Below, piece after piece: positions 26,557-38,899 of a stretch of DNA of 64,000 nucleotides. The DNA is from Octopus vulgaris (taxonomy: Eukaryota): assembly GCA_951406725.2 (NCBI GenBank), contig OX597814.1:151280001-151344000 (forward strand), given 5' to 3'. Numbering within the stretch: position 1 is the stretch's first letter; each line of letters begins with the position of its first letter. The notes beneath the pieces were generated by a model. It was not told the origin of the DNA. It saw only the letters and a list, made by a program, of their open reading frames with translations, and ran no database searches. The translations under genes were made by a program, and so were the position numbers.

Positions 26557-28497
26557 TTATTTTTCGAGTAGTTTCTTTGGTGGTATAAGTTCATATTTCA
26601 TTGTTGAGCCACCACTTTCCATGATGTGATTAAACAACTGACAAGGATTTCGTTTCCGGCTGATAACCAAATATCTTGATGCCCCAGTGCCACGACTAAC
26701 ACTCTTAAGGTTCAGTTTGCGAGCTTCTTTGTGCATAATAGCCCTTTCTTGTTTAGAGAAATTTGTGGCAAAAACAAGATCATTTTGGTTCTTACTTTTG
26801 ACATAATTAACAAGTACATCATGGATAGAACTGTCAAACTGAGCAGACACACCTGACCGACAACCAAGACCTTGTCGATCAATAACTTGATCAACAGTGA
26901 TAGGGTCTTCAATTCCTTTGTTGCCCTCTGCGCCAATCCCCCCACCAACCCAACCCATTTTCCTTAATAACTGATTCCCAACATTGTCAGATGGGATGGC
27001 TTGAGGTTGTTTTTTCTGTATTTCATTCATCAGTTCATCTCTAGAAAGGCTGACATCATCACTGTCAGCTGTTTGCTTAATGTGAATTGTCCAACACCTC
27101 TCCTGCAGCCAATCCAATGCTTTTTTAGAGACAGCTGTTTTAGCTTTAAATTTGCTTTCAGCAACACATTCCATGATGGATTCTTCATTAAGAAGAATAC
27201 GGCAACATGTTCCATTTACAGCAGGCCGATACACATATTCTATAGGCATCTTGTTAAAAATTGCACTCCTCCTAAGAATGGCAGTGGCATTAACCATAGT
27301 GTTAGACATTATGAGAAACTCAATCCAATCATTGATTGGTTGTTTTTGCATTGGTTTGTTGCCAGCATTCTGACTAGCGTTTTGATTGCGTTTAGTTACA
27401 CGAGATTTTGTAGAACTTTTTGCTGCTTCTGATTGGCTCAAAAGACTAACTATAGGTTGAGGGGATGAGCTACCAACTAACACATTCTGACCATTGTCCA
27501 AAGTATTAATTTTCAAACAAGACATACTAAGCACTTCAATGGCTTTGTTGTAAGCTTCATGCTTCGCAGCTCTTTTGTTGGGACCAGTTCCACTGACTAT
27601 GTGGGTGTCATTAATACAAATCTTACATATAAATAAAGTCGCTGCACTAGCAAAGCAAGGAGTAATGTCACATTTTATTGTCATTTTTGTTTTATCTGCT
27701 GCAACGTGTATAACTTGGATGGAATTGGCTGATGGTAGTGCTTTTTTTATAGACCTTAGGTTGTGTGAGAGAGAATAAAATTTCATTTCTAAATTAGTGA
27801 GGAGATTCTTAGCAGATTCAGTATCATTAGTGGTGGTTTCATTAGAAGCTTCGGCATTAACCGAAATGTTCTGTTGTCGACCTTTCGTTTTGACATTATT
27901 TGATGAAGATTTTGGCTGTTTGGTAGATGTTGTGTTTGAATTATTTCCATTTCCACTTTCTTTCTCAAATTTCACTATATTTAAATATTTGTTTGTCACC
28001 GGGGGACCCGAATCTGATTCGGGAGCTGATGCAGAATTTGCGAGGCGAGGATATTTAGTAGCTGGCTCAGGAGATAGCAGAGGCTTTAATTTTTCCGTCT
28101 CAGTTGATTGAACGAAATTACTATATTTTCTCTTTGCCTTCACGGAATCATTGTTGTTATTCGTTAGGTCGTTAGCTTTCACAAAATTACTGTAACAGGT
28201 ACTGGCCTCAGCTGATTTGGTAGTGGGTAGAGCATTATCGTCAGATTTTACGAAGCCAATGAAAGTCGATTCTTTAACAACATCAATGTGACGAGGAAGA
28301 CCTTCAGATAAATGTTTGACAAGTTTCATGACACCAGCCGGATACGTAACACCGTAACTCACGTGGTTGATGTAGCACATAGACAGACATATTAGTCGAT
28401 CGACAGGGTATTTGTTTTTATTATTTTCAATAAATTTCCGCCGTAATCTCCATTCCTTGTCGCTTTCTACTTCATTACGAAAAGATTCGATATTCAT
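26557..28497 (-). CDS. NKRF: NF-kappa-B-repressing factor-like protein (XTBD, 2 dsRBD-like, G-patch, R3H), 646 aa, intronless CDS
   Basis: XTBD: ESDKEWRLRRKFI...DRLICLSMCYINHVSYGVTY. dsRBD-like: GTGPNKRAAKHEAYNKAIEVL and AESKFKAKTAVSKKALDWL. G-patch: NVGNQLLRKMGWVGGGIG...RQGLG. R3H: FSKQERAIMHKEARKLNLKSVSRG. This domain order is that of NKRF. Confidence 0.95.
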   Translation of the reverse strand: MNIESFRNEVESDKEWRLRRKFIENNKNKYPVDRLICLSMCYINHVSYGVTYPAGVMKLVKHLSEGLPRHIDVVKESTFIGFVKSDDNALPTTKSAEASTCYSNFVKANDLTNNNNDSVKAKRKYSNFVQSTETEKLKPLLSPEPATKYPRLANSASAPESDSGPPVTNKYLNIVKFEKESGNGNNSNTTSTKQPKSSSNNVKTKGRQQNISVNAEASNETTTNDTESAKNLLTNLEMKFYSLSHNLRSIKKALPSANSIQVIHVAADKTKMTIKCDITPCFASAATLFICKICINDTHIVSGTGPNKRAAKHEAYNKAIEVLSMSCLKINTLDNGQNVLVGSSSPQPIVSLLSQSEAAKSSTKSRVTKRNQNASQNAGNKPMQKQPINDWIEFLIMSNTMVNATAILRRSAIFNKMPIEYVYRPAVNGTCCRILLNEESIMECVAESKFKAKTAVSKKALDWLQERCWTIHIKQTADSDDVSLSRDELMNEIQKKQPQAIPSDNVGNQLLRKMGWVGGGIGAEGNKGIEDPITVDQVIDRQGLGCRSGVSAQFDSSIHDVLVNYVKSKNQNDLVFATNFSKQERAIMHKEARKLNLKSVSRGTGASRYLVISRKRNPCQLFNHIMESGGSTMKYELIPPKKLLEK

Positions 28498-28532
28498 GAT
28501 GAATAATTCAAAGTGAGAGAAGAGATATGAGG

Positions 28533-28556
28533 TCTTGAAAAGAAAAAAAAAAAAGA
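28533..28556 (-). promoter_or_regulatory. 3' splice acceptor just upstream of the NKRF ATG (5' UTR intron)
   Basis: Minus strand long T run, cttttcaag|acc; the exon would start at 28533, 36 nt before the ATG. Confidence 0.65.
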
Positions 28557-29479
28557 CGCAGTGAAGGTAGAAATCAAGAAACTATCTCCAAGATAACCTT
28601 GATTTCTAGCAGTGATGTTAATAATGTTTCAATACAACACTGTGTATTAATATTTTGTTTGGAATAATTGTTCACTATCCAGGACAACGTAATATCAACA
28701 CACTGTATTTAAATCAAGCAAACAAAGAGTGAAAGTTAGTAAAGAGAAATGTGTATGTATCTGTATGTATGTAGAGACCACATGAACACAAATGTCTGAC
28801 GGAAAAAAAAAAATAGATGGGAGAATGAACAGGAAAACAACACGTCTCCGGACGCTCAGGATAAATATAATTAAGTGGAAAAGAATCTGTAGGATCGTGA
28901 TTGCATCATCATGATTATAGATTTAATTACTTACTTAAAGGTAGATTAAAAGGTTGAATGATACATGCCGAGTCATACTTTGGTCGGCGAGTCGATTTGT
29001 TTGGTCTGGCTAGAAAAACATATGAAGATAGACACATATTTAGCCACATTTTCGTAATTTCTCTCATTTTTTTCTCTTCCCTTTCTTTGTTTTATATGTT
29101 TATCTTTACGAATGTATTCGTTGCACTACTTATTTAAACTGTTTATTAATATATGAGTTTCTTCCTATCTTGTGAGTAAAGGTTCTGGTAAAATTCACAT
29201 GTACAAACAGAAGACAAACCTATTCAAATTCGCAAACTTTCTTTATCTGGCAATCCATTTTAAAACCTTTCTCTATTTATGTATTTATCTATCTTATCAC
29301 ACTGAATGTACTTTAAAGTGCTGATAAATTTTGGATTTTTTAAAATTAATTTCCTCTGTTAAAAAGTGCTTAAGCCACTTAAAAAAAAATCACTGAACAA
29401 ATTCATTTTATCTGTCTCTCACTTTCTCTCTGTGCGTGCGTGTGTCGCCAGGGACATTAAAAAAGTAAATAAAAAGAGG

Positions 29480-29630
29480 GTACTACATGAGAACAGCGGT
29501 CCCGCTGTGCGCACACGTGTTGTCACGCACCCGCGTTAGCTAGTCGTGACTAGTCGATCCTACAGCGACTACCTAGCATAGTAAATAAAACACAAAATAA
29601 ATGGCCCGGTACTTATACCGTAAGATCGCC
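29480..29630. promoter_or_regulatory. CpG-rich promoter-like patch upstream of NKRF
   Basis: Non-repetitive CpG-dense stretch with TGCGCA and CACGTG about 1 kb upstream of the ATG. Confidence 0.4.
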
Positions 29631-30545
29631 ATATACTATATATATCAAAAGGATCAAATGTCCTTCCCGAATGACTGGCTCATAGGACCAGTTTCCCGGA
29701 TTCAGTGCATGCACTGTTGCAAGATAACTAATGTTTACCCGCTGAATAGAGCAACTGAAATTAAATGTTTTGCTCAACAACACAACGCATCACCCGGTCT
29801 AGAAACTGAAATAACGATTTTACGATCTTAAGTGCGACACCCTAACCATTAACCCACGGGCTCCACACACATAGATCGTGTCTATTTATGTATCTGTCTG
29901 TCTGTGGATGTGTGCGCGGTTCAGTACTTTTTTTTTGTTTGTTTTTAAGCAGTATATAATTTTCAATAGAATAAATGGATCTTTTCCTTTTGAACGGCAG
30001 TTCTCAACACAATTTCTAGTTAACTAAACACTTTTAAACTTCGTATACTGGTAGAATGTGTTTATAAAACATCATTTTTTTCTTGGCTTTATTGAGAAAA
30101 TTCTATAGTTTGTAAGATATTTCCACTTTAAAATCGAGCATTTCGGCAAATTTAACCAATCGCTGGAGTCCATTTGGGGTGAAAACATTCCGACGGGCTT
30201 CGTTCAGTTTCTAGTTACAAGGTCGGCCTGAGGCTATAGTAGAAGATACTTGCTCAAAGTTCCACACAGTAGGACTGAACCCAGAACCATGTGGTTGTGA
30301 AGCAGGCTTCTTACCACACAGCCATTCCTGTGATATATATATATATATATATATTATAATTTTTTTTATCTGTTTCAGTCATTAGACTACGCCCATGCTG
30401 GAGCACCGTCTTGAAGAACTTTTAGCCGAATGAATCGACTCCAGTACTTTTTTTTTCTTCTTTAAGCCTAGTATTTATATTGTGCACCTTTTGACGAACT
30501 GCACGTTTATAAGGACGTAAACCAACACCGGTTGTCAAGCGCGCG

Positions 30546-30580
<35 letters not shown>

Positions 30581-30930
30581 GTTAGACCCATCTAGGCCAG
30601 TATGATGTTTGTTCACCTAAGCGAGAGATTTAAATCAAAGAGTAGTATGACGCCAGTGAATTAACCAGGAAGAGAAAAACAAATATGCATAATAATAATA
30701 ATAATAATAGTAACAAAGGAAAAACAAAGAAAGATCTCGTTTAGCAGATGTTTCGATGACTGGCCACCTCGCCAATCATTGAACTAAAGGTCACTTAAAT
30801 ATCTGTATTGGTAACGTGATCCTGTACAGCCTGTTATATCGGAGTGTAGTTGCCGTCTAAACCAACATCTGTGCTAGGTGAGAATGCCAGCTAGAAATTC
30901 AGTATGACGAAAACTACAGCCTGTTAGAAG

Positions 30931-30960
30931 GTCATGTGAGCACATGACTTGCACGTGGTC
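30931..30960. promoter_or_regulatory. Cluster of three E-boxes
   Basis: gtCATGTG-ag-CACATGac (perfect 8-bp inverted repeat) followed by CACGTG. Confidence 0.35.
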
Positions 30961-32906
30961 AAAGGCTATCTAGAAGCACTCAAGTTGATGGAATGAGGAA
31001 AAAAAAACCATTGGCAGAGTCAAACCGTTGAGTTCTAATTGGAATGTCCGGTAGGAGATGGAAAATTCCAAATTCAGTCTTCACTTCGTTTGTGGGAAAG
31101 ACTGTGTCACATCTTTTGTTGTTGTTGTTGTTAAGCAACAAGACGGGTAAGGGTGATTAGGTGATGGTCTAGGGCTTAGGGGCGGGAGACCCCAGACCTT
31201 GGAATAAAAAAAAAAGACTTTGGTCGTTTTGTTGTAGTCGAGGGCTCTTCGTTGACGCTCGACACCACTGGAAGGTGGCCCTCGAAGTCGCTGGAAATGG
31301 AGATCTCCAGGTCCAAATTCTTGAACGGCTGTGTCACATCTTGCTACTGACATGCTTATTAAACAAAGTGTCAAATAATCTCTCTGACTTGTGAGAGTTA
31401 AGGACTGGAGAAGGGTAAAAAAAAAAACTCTAACAGAAGTGTCGAGCTTGACAAAAAAAAAAAAAAAGAAAAAAAAATCTCAAACGGTCCTTGTCGAAAT
31501 TTGCTAAATTTCCGATTCTCTCTCATCTCCGACATTCCTGACTAATGTCTAGCTACCAGATCCTTCTTGACTTCAGAACCCAAATGAAGCAGGCATCTGC
31601 AGTGGACGAGCTATCACGCACGTTTGCAACAATGAAATGCTGCCACTTCTGAAGTTTTCGCAATCGGAAGTTGCGCATAGAAGAGAGTAATAGCAATTCT
31701 CCAGTCCTCCATACAGCTTAAGTTTTGTGTAGACAAAGTTATAATCTTCGCCAATCCCCGTTGGACGAATACAATAAATAGTAGTTGTTGTTTTTATGAA
31801 TGAATGATATTTAAATCAATATAAGACGGTCAAAAACGAACCAAGAGGTCACGCTATATATCAGCGAGAAATAATAATTGTCTTTGATCTTCAGAGAAAA
31901 CGTAAGTTGGGGCGCTAAAATACATGGCAGGAAGTATATAGTAGAGAGACGCTGACGAACTTAGCAATTCACTTGTGTAAGCGAGAAACTTAATGAGTGA
32001 GAGTGCACAACGACACAAAGATGTTAGGTACTATGACTATGCCGATTCATTTGATTTAAACAAATGAGAAGGAAAGAATGGAGCTTTTACTTGTTTCAGT
32101 AATTTGACTGCGGCCATGCTGGAGCACCGCCTTTAATCGAGCAACTCGAACCCGGAACTTATTCTTTTGTAAACCCAGTACTTATTCTATCGGTCTCTTT
32201 TGCCGAACCGCTAAGTAACGGGGACATAAACACACCAGCATCGGTTGTCAAGCAATGCTAGGGGGACAAACACAGACACACAAACACATACACGCATATA
32301 TATATATATATATATATATGTATATGGTTCTTGACTGATGACTGAGGGCTTCGAATGTCCCGTCCTGTGGTTCTTGTGTCGTCTCTGTGGCGTTTCATGT
32401 TCTTGTCCATGTCTGTAATTATTTTTACTGTTTACCTATATATATACATATATACGACTGGCTTCTTTCAGTTTCCGTCTACCAAATCCACACGCAAGGC
32501 TTTGGTCGGCCCGAGGTTATAGTAGAAGACACTTGCCCAAGGTGCCACGCAGTGGGACTGAACCCGGAGCCATGTGGTTGGTAACAAGCTACTTACCACA
32601 CAGCCGCTATATATATATATATAGGTATGTATGTATATATGCGTACATGAATGTATGCATGTATATATATATATCCGTTTTAGCCGATTGACTAAGTTAA
32701 CCGATGTTAGAGATTAATATATACGTATACGATAATGAAAATTTATGCACAGTTGGTTGCTTATGATAAATCCTTGCAAAATTAAAGAAACTACTAAGAA
32801 CATCCTATAATTATATAAAGCATACTGATATATACATTTTATGAAATTTTTAACACTATAATATGTACAAATTTAAGTTAACACCATAATTGATAATTTC
32901 ATTTAC

Positions 32907-33023
32907 CTTTAGTAGATAGCAGATGCGGTGCAAGTGGTAACTGAAGTAATTGTGAATTAGCAGAACCATGATGTTCTTCTGATCCTTGCATCTCATTTGT
33001 AGAAGTCTGAAGTGACGGAGAAG
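32907..33023 (-). other. Candidate 117-nt exon, phase 1-1, open frame
   Basis: Branch-like CTAAC, acceptor ttactaatag, donor aaag|gtaaat; reads ASPSLQTSTNEMQGSEEHHGSANSQLLQLPLAPHLLSTK. Confidence 0.35.
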
Positions 33024-33429
33024 CTATTAGTAAACAGTAGGTTAGTCATTAATACCATCAGAAGGCTAAACAGCTGCAGCGAGGTTGGAGCAAAATGGCA
33101 AGAAGATTGAGCTGAGTTTCAGTTTTTACATTGCTGATGTTGCATCCAAATAATGAGTTCCTTTAGGACTCTGAGATGCTGATATTGCTGAGCATCAGTT
33201 TCTATTGACAAGTACTATATGACGTTGTCAAGGAATTTTCTCTCGTACATCTGAGAATTTGATTTTTGGGGAAATAAGAAATAACTGGAAATTTTACCGG
33301 TGAGTGTGTTAAATAATAAGGCACAAAAAGAAAATGACTCTTCCCAGACACAACAGAATATGCTTCAACACACGAACTCATATAAAGAATCTTGCAAACC
33401 AAACCCCAAAACGAATTACAATATATTTA

Positions 33430-33890
33430 TTTTAAATCGTTCATCTTTCTCCCCACTCTCTCTCTCCCACACATTACTTTGGGTGCGAAAGAGTTTTGTT
33501 TTTATTTTACGCCGAGTAAAAAAGTGTTTTGTTGACAATCCATTTATTTAACAACAAAGAAACAAAGAGGTGAGTAACAATTTGTCAGTGAATTACAGAA
33601 TATAAACGGGTACAATTTGCGAGGCTTCCACCACACCCCACTCCGTTTCACGGTCCACAAAAAGTGTTTTGAGGCCAGAGTAGTTGATTCCACGCAAAAA
33701 AACAAAAAAAAACCGATTTTTTTTCTTAGTGAAAATCGTGCGAGTGTTAATCTACAAATTTAACATTTTTTCCATTCATTTCTGTTTATGAACATGTATG
33801 CGTGCACAAAACATGCTATAGATGTACGTACGTACGTACGTGTGTGTATGTGTGTTCGTGTCTGTTGCCCATATATATTTATATTATATT

Positions 33891-33959
<69 letters not shown>

Positions 33960-34084
33960 CAACTATTTTCAACGGATTTCGCCCAAATTTGACGTCTATA
34001 TTACTTAGTTTGGTTTGAAATAAAGAATTTGATTAGCTTAATAATCGTAACTTAATCCCGGGCAAAGCCTGGTTATACTGCTAG
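33430..34084 (+). mobile_element. Non-autonomous Helitron-like element (3' end clear, 5' end uncertain)
   Basis: Subterminal hairpin ccgggcaaagcctgg then CTAG at 34081-34084 followed by T. Confidence 0.55.
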
Positions 34085-34365
34085 TAATAAATGAAAGACT
34101 AAATGTAGATAGAAAGAAGCAGGGAGTGGAGAAGTGAATGGCGGAGAGTGCAGAGCACTATAGAGAAAGAGCATATTACTTAGATAGGAGTGTAAAAGCT
34201 ATAATAGGATGTGCACAGATGAAACGCCGCACATCTTTGGGGATTACTTTTGTCACTCTCCCATGGTTACGGCGTTCACCCAATTACATGACGCAGTAGA
34301 GTTTATTGTGGCGTACGTGATGCTATCTTAGAAGAATTGCCATATTTCATAAAAAGAAAGATGAC

Positions 34366-35140
34366 AAGCTGGCAGAATCGTTAGCATGCCGGGCGAAATG
34401 CTTAGCGGTATTTCGTCTGCCGCTACGTTCTGAGTTCAAATTCCGTTGAGGTCATCTTTGTTTTTCATCTTTTCGGGGTCGATAAATTAAGTACCAGTTA
34501 CGCACTGGGGTCGATATAATCGACTTAATCCGTTTGTCTGTCCTTGTTTGTCCTCTATGTGTTTACCCCTTTGTGGGTAGTAAAGAAATAGGTATTTCGT
34601 CTGTCGTTACGTTCTGAGTTCAAATTCCGCCAAGGTCGACTTTGTCTTTCATCCTTTCGGGGTCGATAAATTAAGTACTGGTTGCGTATTGGGGTCGATC
34701 CAATCGACTGGCTCCCTCCAAAAAAATTTCGGGCCTTGTACCTAGAGTAGAAAAGAATATTTATATTTAATTTATTCTGCTGAGGTCGACTTTATGTTTT
34801 CTCCTTTCGGGGTCGATAAAATAAATACCAGTTGAACACTGGGGTCGATGTAATCGACTTATCCCTTCCCCTGAAATTGCTGGCCTTGCACCAAAATTTG
34901 AAACCAATATTTATATAGAATCTAAGGTGGTCAGGAGGCAGAATCGTTATCGCGCCGGACAAAATGCATAGCAGCATTCCGTTCGTCTCGGCATTCTGAG
35001 TTCAAATTCCTCCGAAGTTGACCTTGCTTTTTATCCCTTCGGAGTCGATAAAATAAGTATCAGTTGAACACTGGAATCAATGTAATCAATTTCATCCACC
35101 CACGGAAAATTTCTGGTCTTGTGTCAAAATTTGAAGCTTA
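34366..35140 (+). mobile_element. Tandem cluster of family B SINEs (Nin/Deu-like central domain)
   Basis: Repeated gttctgagttcaaattcc...tttcatcctttcggggtcgataaattaagtac. Other copies at ~10475-10660, 36040-36410, 45805-46015, 53410-53640, 56718-57045. Confidence 0.85.
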
Positions 35141-35318
35141 TATTTATATTGAATTTACCATTTATAGTGGGTGTGCAGCATTTACCTAGAACACCCAAAT
35201 AACTCTGATATTCAAAGATGATGGTGGTAGTCAACACTAACAATTACTTTTTTGTTTTATATGCAGTCCGGTAAATCCGATATACGGTTCAACGGGATAT
35301 AGATTAACATGTACTCAC

Positions 35319-35387
35319 CAGAAAATTTAGTGTGTCGACTGACTGACACGATTGCACTTCCTGTATTGCAAACTGGAAAAATTATTC
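35319..35387 (-). other. Candidate 69-nt exon, phase 1-1, open frame
   Basis: Acceptor catcgtttctgcag and donor ctg|gtgagt; reads GIIFPVCNTGSAIVSVSRHTKFS, in frame with 33023-32907. Confidence 0.4.
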
Positions 35388-38300
35388 CTGCAGAAACGAT
35401 GAGAATGTAAATCATTTGTATAATTTGGTTTTCTATCCAATATTTTCATTGGCATCATCAAATATTTATGATGAAAAATACGTTTTATTTGTATTTATAT
35501 CACGTTGATCTGCATGAAGGAATTCCCTACTTTTCTGGTGGGTTCGGCACAAATGGTATTCATCAAGAGGTCGACGGTTGCGGAGAGGAAATTCCAGATG
35601 TCTGACTTTCAGGGGGGAAAAAAAAAGAAGAAACTTGGTGATGTGGTTGGTGCAAGATCGGTGGGGGAACAATATGAGTTTAGAGGGGAAGAGAAACGCG
35701 TTAGTCTGGTGGGTCGAAAAGGGGCAGCATGGGAACAACTGGAATGAAGGAATAGAGGCCACTGTGGTAACGAGAGTCTGGGTTGTATTACTTTAGTGAT
35801 CAATTTTATGACAACTAGTTATTCGTTCCATACTACGACACAAAAATCCTACAATCAGAATTTAGATAATCATAACTATTCAAAGTCACATGGTAAACCT
35901 TAGAAAAGTTTTGTTTATGTTTTACCATCCAAATTTACTTATTGAATTTTCGAAACAGGTTTTAAATATTTTCTTATTTTTTTAAAAACTATTTTCTTAA
36001 ATTCAACTGTCTCCAGATCAATGCTTAACCAGTTGGGTAATATTGGTTTCAAATTTTGGCACAAGGCCAGTAATTTCAAGGGTAAGGATAAGTTCGATTT
36101 ACATCGACTCTAGTGCTCAACTGGTACTTATTTTATTGACTTCGAAAGGACGAAAGGCAAAGTTGATCTCCGCGGTATTTGAATTCAGAATCTAAAGTCG
36201 GAAGAAATGCTGCTAAGCATTTTTATACGGTGAGCTAACGATTCTGCCAGTTCGCCATCTTGCAGCTAAATAATATTTTTTCTACTCTAGGTACAAGGCT
36301 CGAAATTTTTGGGGGACCGGTGCCAGTCGATTAGCTGGTCTCCAGTACGCAACTAGTACTTAATTCATCGCCCGATGAGCTAACGTTTCTGCCTGCTCGC
36401 CGCCTTCCAGCTAAATAATATTACTAAATAATATTACCAAGCAAACCATTTCTTGGACTACATTATTATGTATGTTAACGCCTTGTTTACTGATGGCTTG
36501 ATTCAGACGTGAATCCTATACTCAAAATATAGTAAGTTGTAGTAAATGCAATTATATCAATCGATATATATACAGCTAAATATAGAAATATATCTATTTA
36601 GAATGTGTACATAGTGAACATTTGCTAAACTCCAATCTTTAAACCGGATATTTGATAAATTGGACAATTTCTGAGTTAAGAGAGAGATAGTTAGTGTTGA
36701 CTTCCACCACTGTCTTTGAATATCAGTGCTGTTGGGTGTGTATATTCTGGTTGTGTTTGGTGCAGGCAGGGTCCCTGGAATTTTTCGAAGGGAGAGCACA
36801 AGGTCAGAAGGGAATACAATTCGAGGAGAAAATGGCGTAATAGCATTATTTAGAAGGGCGCACTTCTTTTCTTGAGCGGGGCACGTGCCCCTCAGGTGTC
36901 ACTTTGCGTCCGCTCCTGTGGTAAGTGTAATTCATTCACAAAAGAAAGTAAATTTTAAGCTCAATCAATAATATAACCATAGATCATAATGAGAAGTTAA
37001 TTTAAGTAATTTTTAAAAATGAAATATAGTGGCAGTTGTTCTTAGAAACCACCTTCAATCCTACAGCTAGTTGTTTCAGTATGTAAATGGGTGGATATGG
37101 CGGTCTCATGGGAAAATGACTAAAATAGAAGCACAAAGAGAGCGACATTTCGTCAGTTCTGTTTATTATTCGTTCTTTACACTCCTTACTCATTCATTCA
37201 AACTCCTTTTCCTTGATCTTGTGTAAGGTGTATATAAAGCGTAGTTGGTTTTCCAGTTATCAGATGACAATATCGGTCTTGCTGCTTTGCATTTTGGTGA
37301 GGTTTCGATTGAAATATTCCATTCATTCTTTGAGCTGAAAAGCGAAAATGTACTCTGTACCAGTAATAGTTTTATTTGCCAGGTTGGTCCTTCATTTTTT
37401 TATTGCTTTTACAAGAATGCGTTATTTTGATTACATTTTGGGACTACAACTGCGTGATGTGTGATGTCTTTTACAGAAGTGGGACCCATTCAGTATCTAG
37501 TTAGAGCTTAAGGGGCAAAAGAACTTCACTTTTTGGTTTCGTATAGTATTTTTAAAATTATTTCATGCTCTTTGTGAAGGTTTGATATTTCATGAGTAAT
37601 GCAAAGACGTATCCTGTAAACATTCCCACGAACTTTTGCTCAACATTTTACTGGTTGGCAATGTAAATTTCTTTCAGTCCTCTCTCAGATTTATCTCGCA
37701 GTTCCGTTGACAGACGAGACACCATTTGACTTTTGAATTGTTTTTGAGGAGTCAACACCTGATTCATAAGATGTAACTTCAGGATGTTTTAAGTCACGTT
37801 TCCTCTATCGTCCATTCCAGTCTCACACTATTGGTGCAAACACGTAAAGCTGCAAAAGTATAGCAGGATCTTATACAAGGAAAATCCGGCTTCCCTTTTG
37901 CCCATTGCACATTGCCAAGCCTGTATGTCTGTATAGTACCATTGTGTGATATATTTTCATCAATGTAAATATATTTATAATACTTACATTATTCATTGTT
38001 TGGAAAAGGGATATAAAGAATCTGCTTATGTAGATTTTTCCAGTTTGGAAAGCAATTTTACTGTGTTGAAACCTGAGATACAAAATATTTTTATTGGGTA
38101 AATTCCATCACCGTATCAGTTAAACGTATAGTTAGTAAGTCTCACTTTCTCTTAGTAAATAGCTTCTATTGTTATTTAAACCTATGTCAGCTCTGGTCTA
38201 GCAAACTTATGGTCATAGGCGTTCTAACCATGATCACCCTGTTCTTGTCTTGAGCATTGAGTATGTATGTATGTATGTATGTATGTATGTATGTATGTAT

Positions 38301-38899
38301 GTATGTATGTATGTATGTATGTATGTATGTACTCATGCATGTATGTATGTAAGTATGTGTGCGCGCGCGTATGCATGTATCTATGTATGTATGTGTGTGT
38401 GTATGTGTGTGCATTTATATCAGTGTGTAAATATGTGTATACACATGCATTTCTGTATGTTTATCAACTGAGGTTTGCAGTCTCAGAATTGTAAAGTAGA
38501 TAAAATGAAAGTTTGTGTAATTCATAAATTGCTTTGTAAGTATTAACGATGTTAATAAAACATTTATGATGAATAACAGAAACTTACCGAAGACGAACGT
38601 TCGCACGCACATACACACACACACACCTCATATGCTTTTACAAATACATATTTGCACCTATACATACACGATATAGACTTTGTGCTAACGCAATCCTAAC
38701 GGTAGTGCGATCTCATTTAATCAAAGCTTTTTATTTTCAGATCACTATGTGATATCTTATTTGTATTAAATAAGCAAAATGCTCTCTTGAAGGATTTTCT
38801 CTGGATATATTGTTGACAGAATTTTTGTGGGTCATTCTTTACCTTTATTATAGTTGGTTCTGACCCGTTCCTTCTAAATCACATTCTGTCAACTTAGGT

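Noticed and set aside
26712-28111. ORFs overlapping NKRF on either strand
   Set aside because: Shadow frames of a real CDS with no independent support.
35466-35803. Cluster of short overlapping ORFs
   Set aside because: Probably a highly decayed mariner fragment (YCSPTDLAP resembles YSPDLAP); too weak to annotate.
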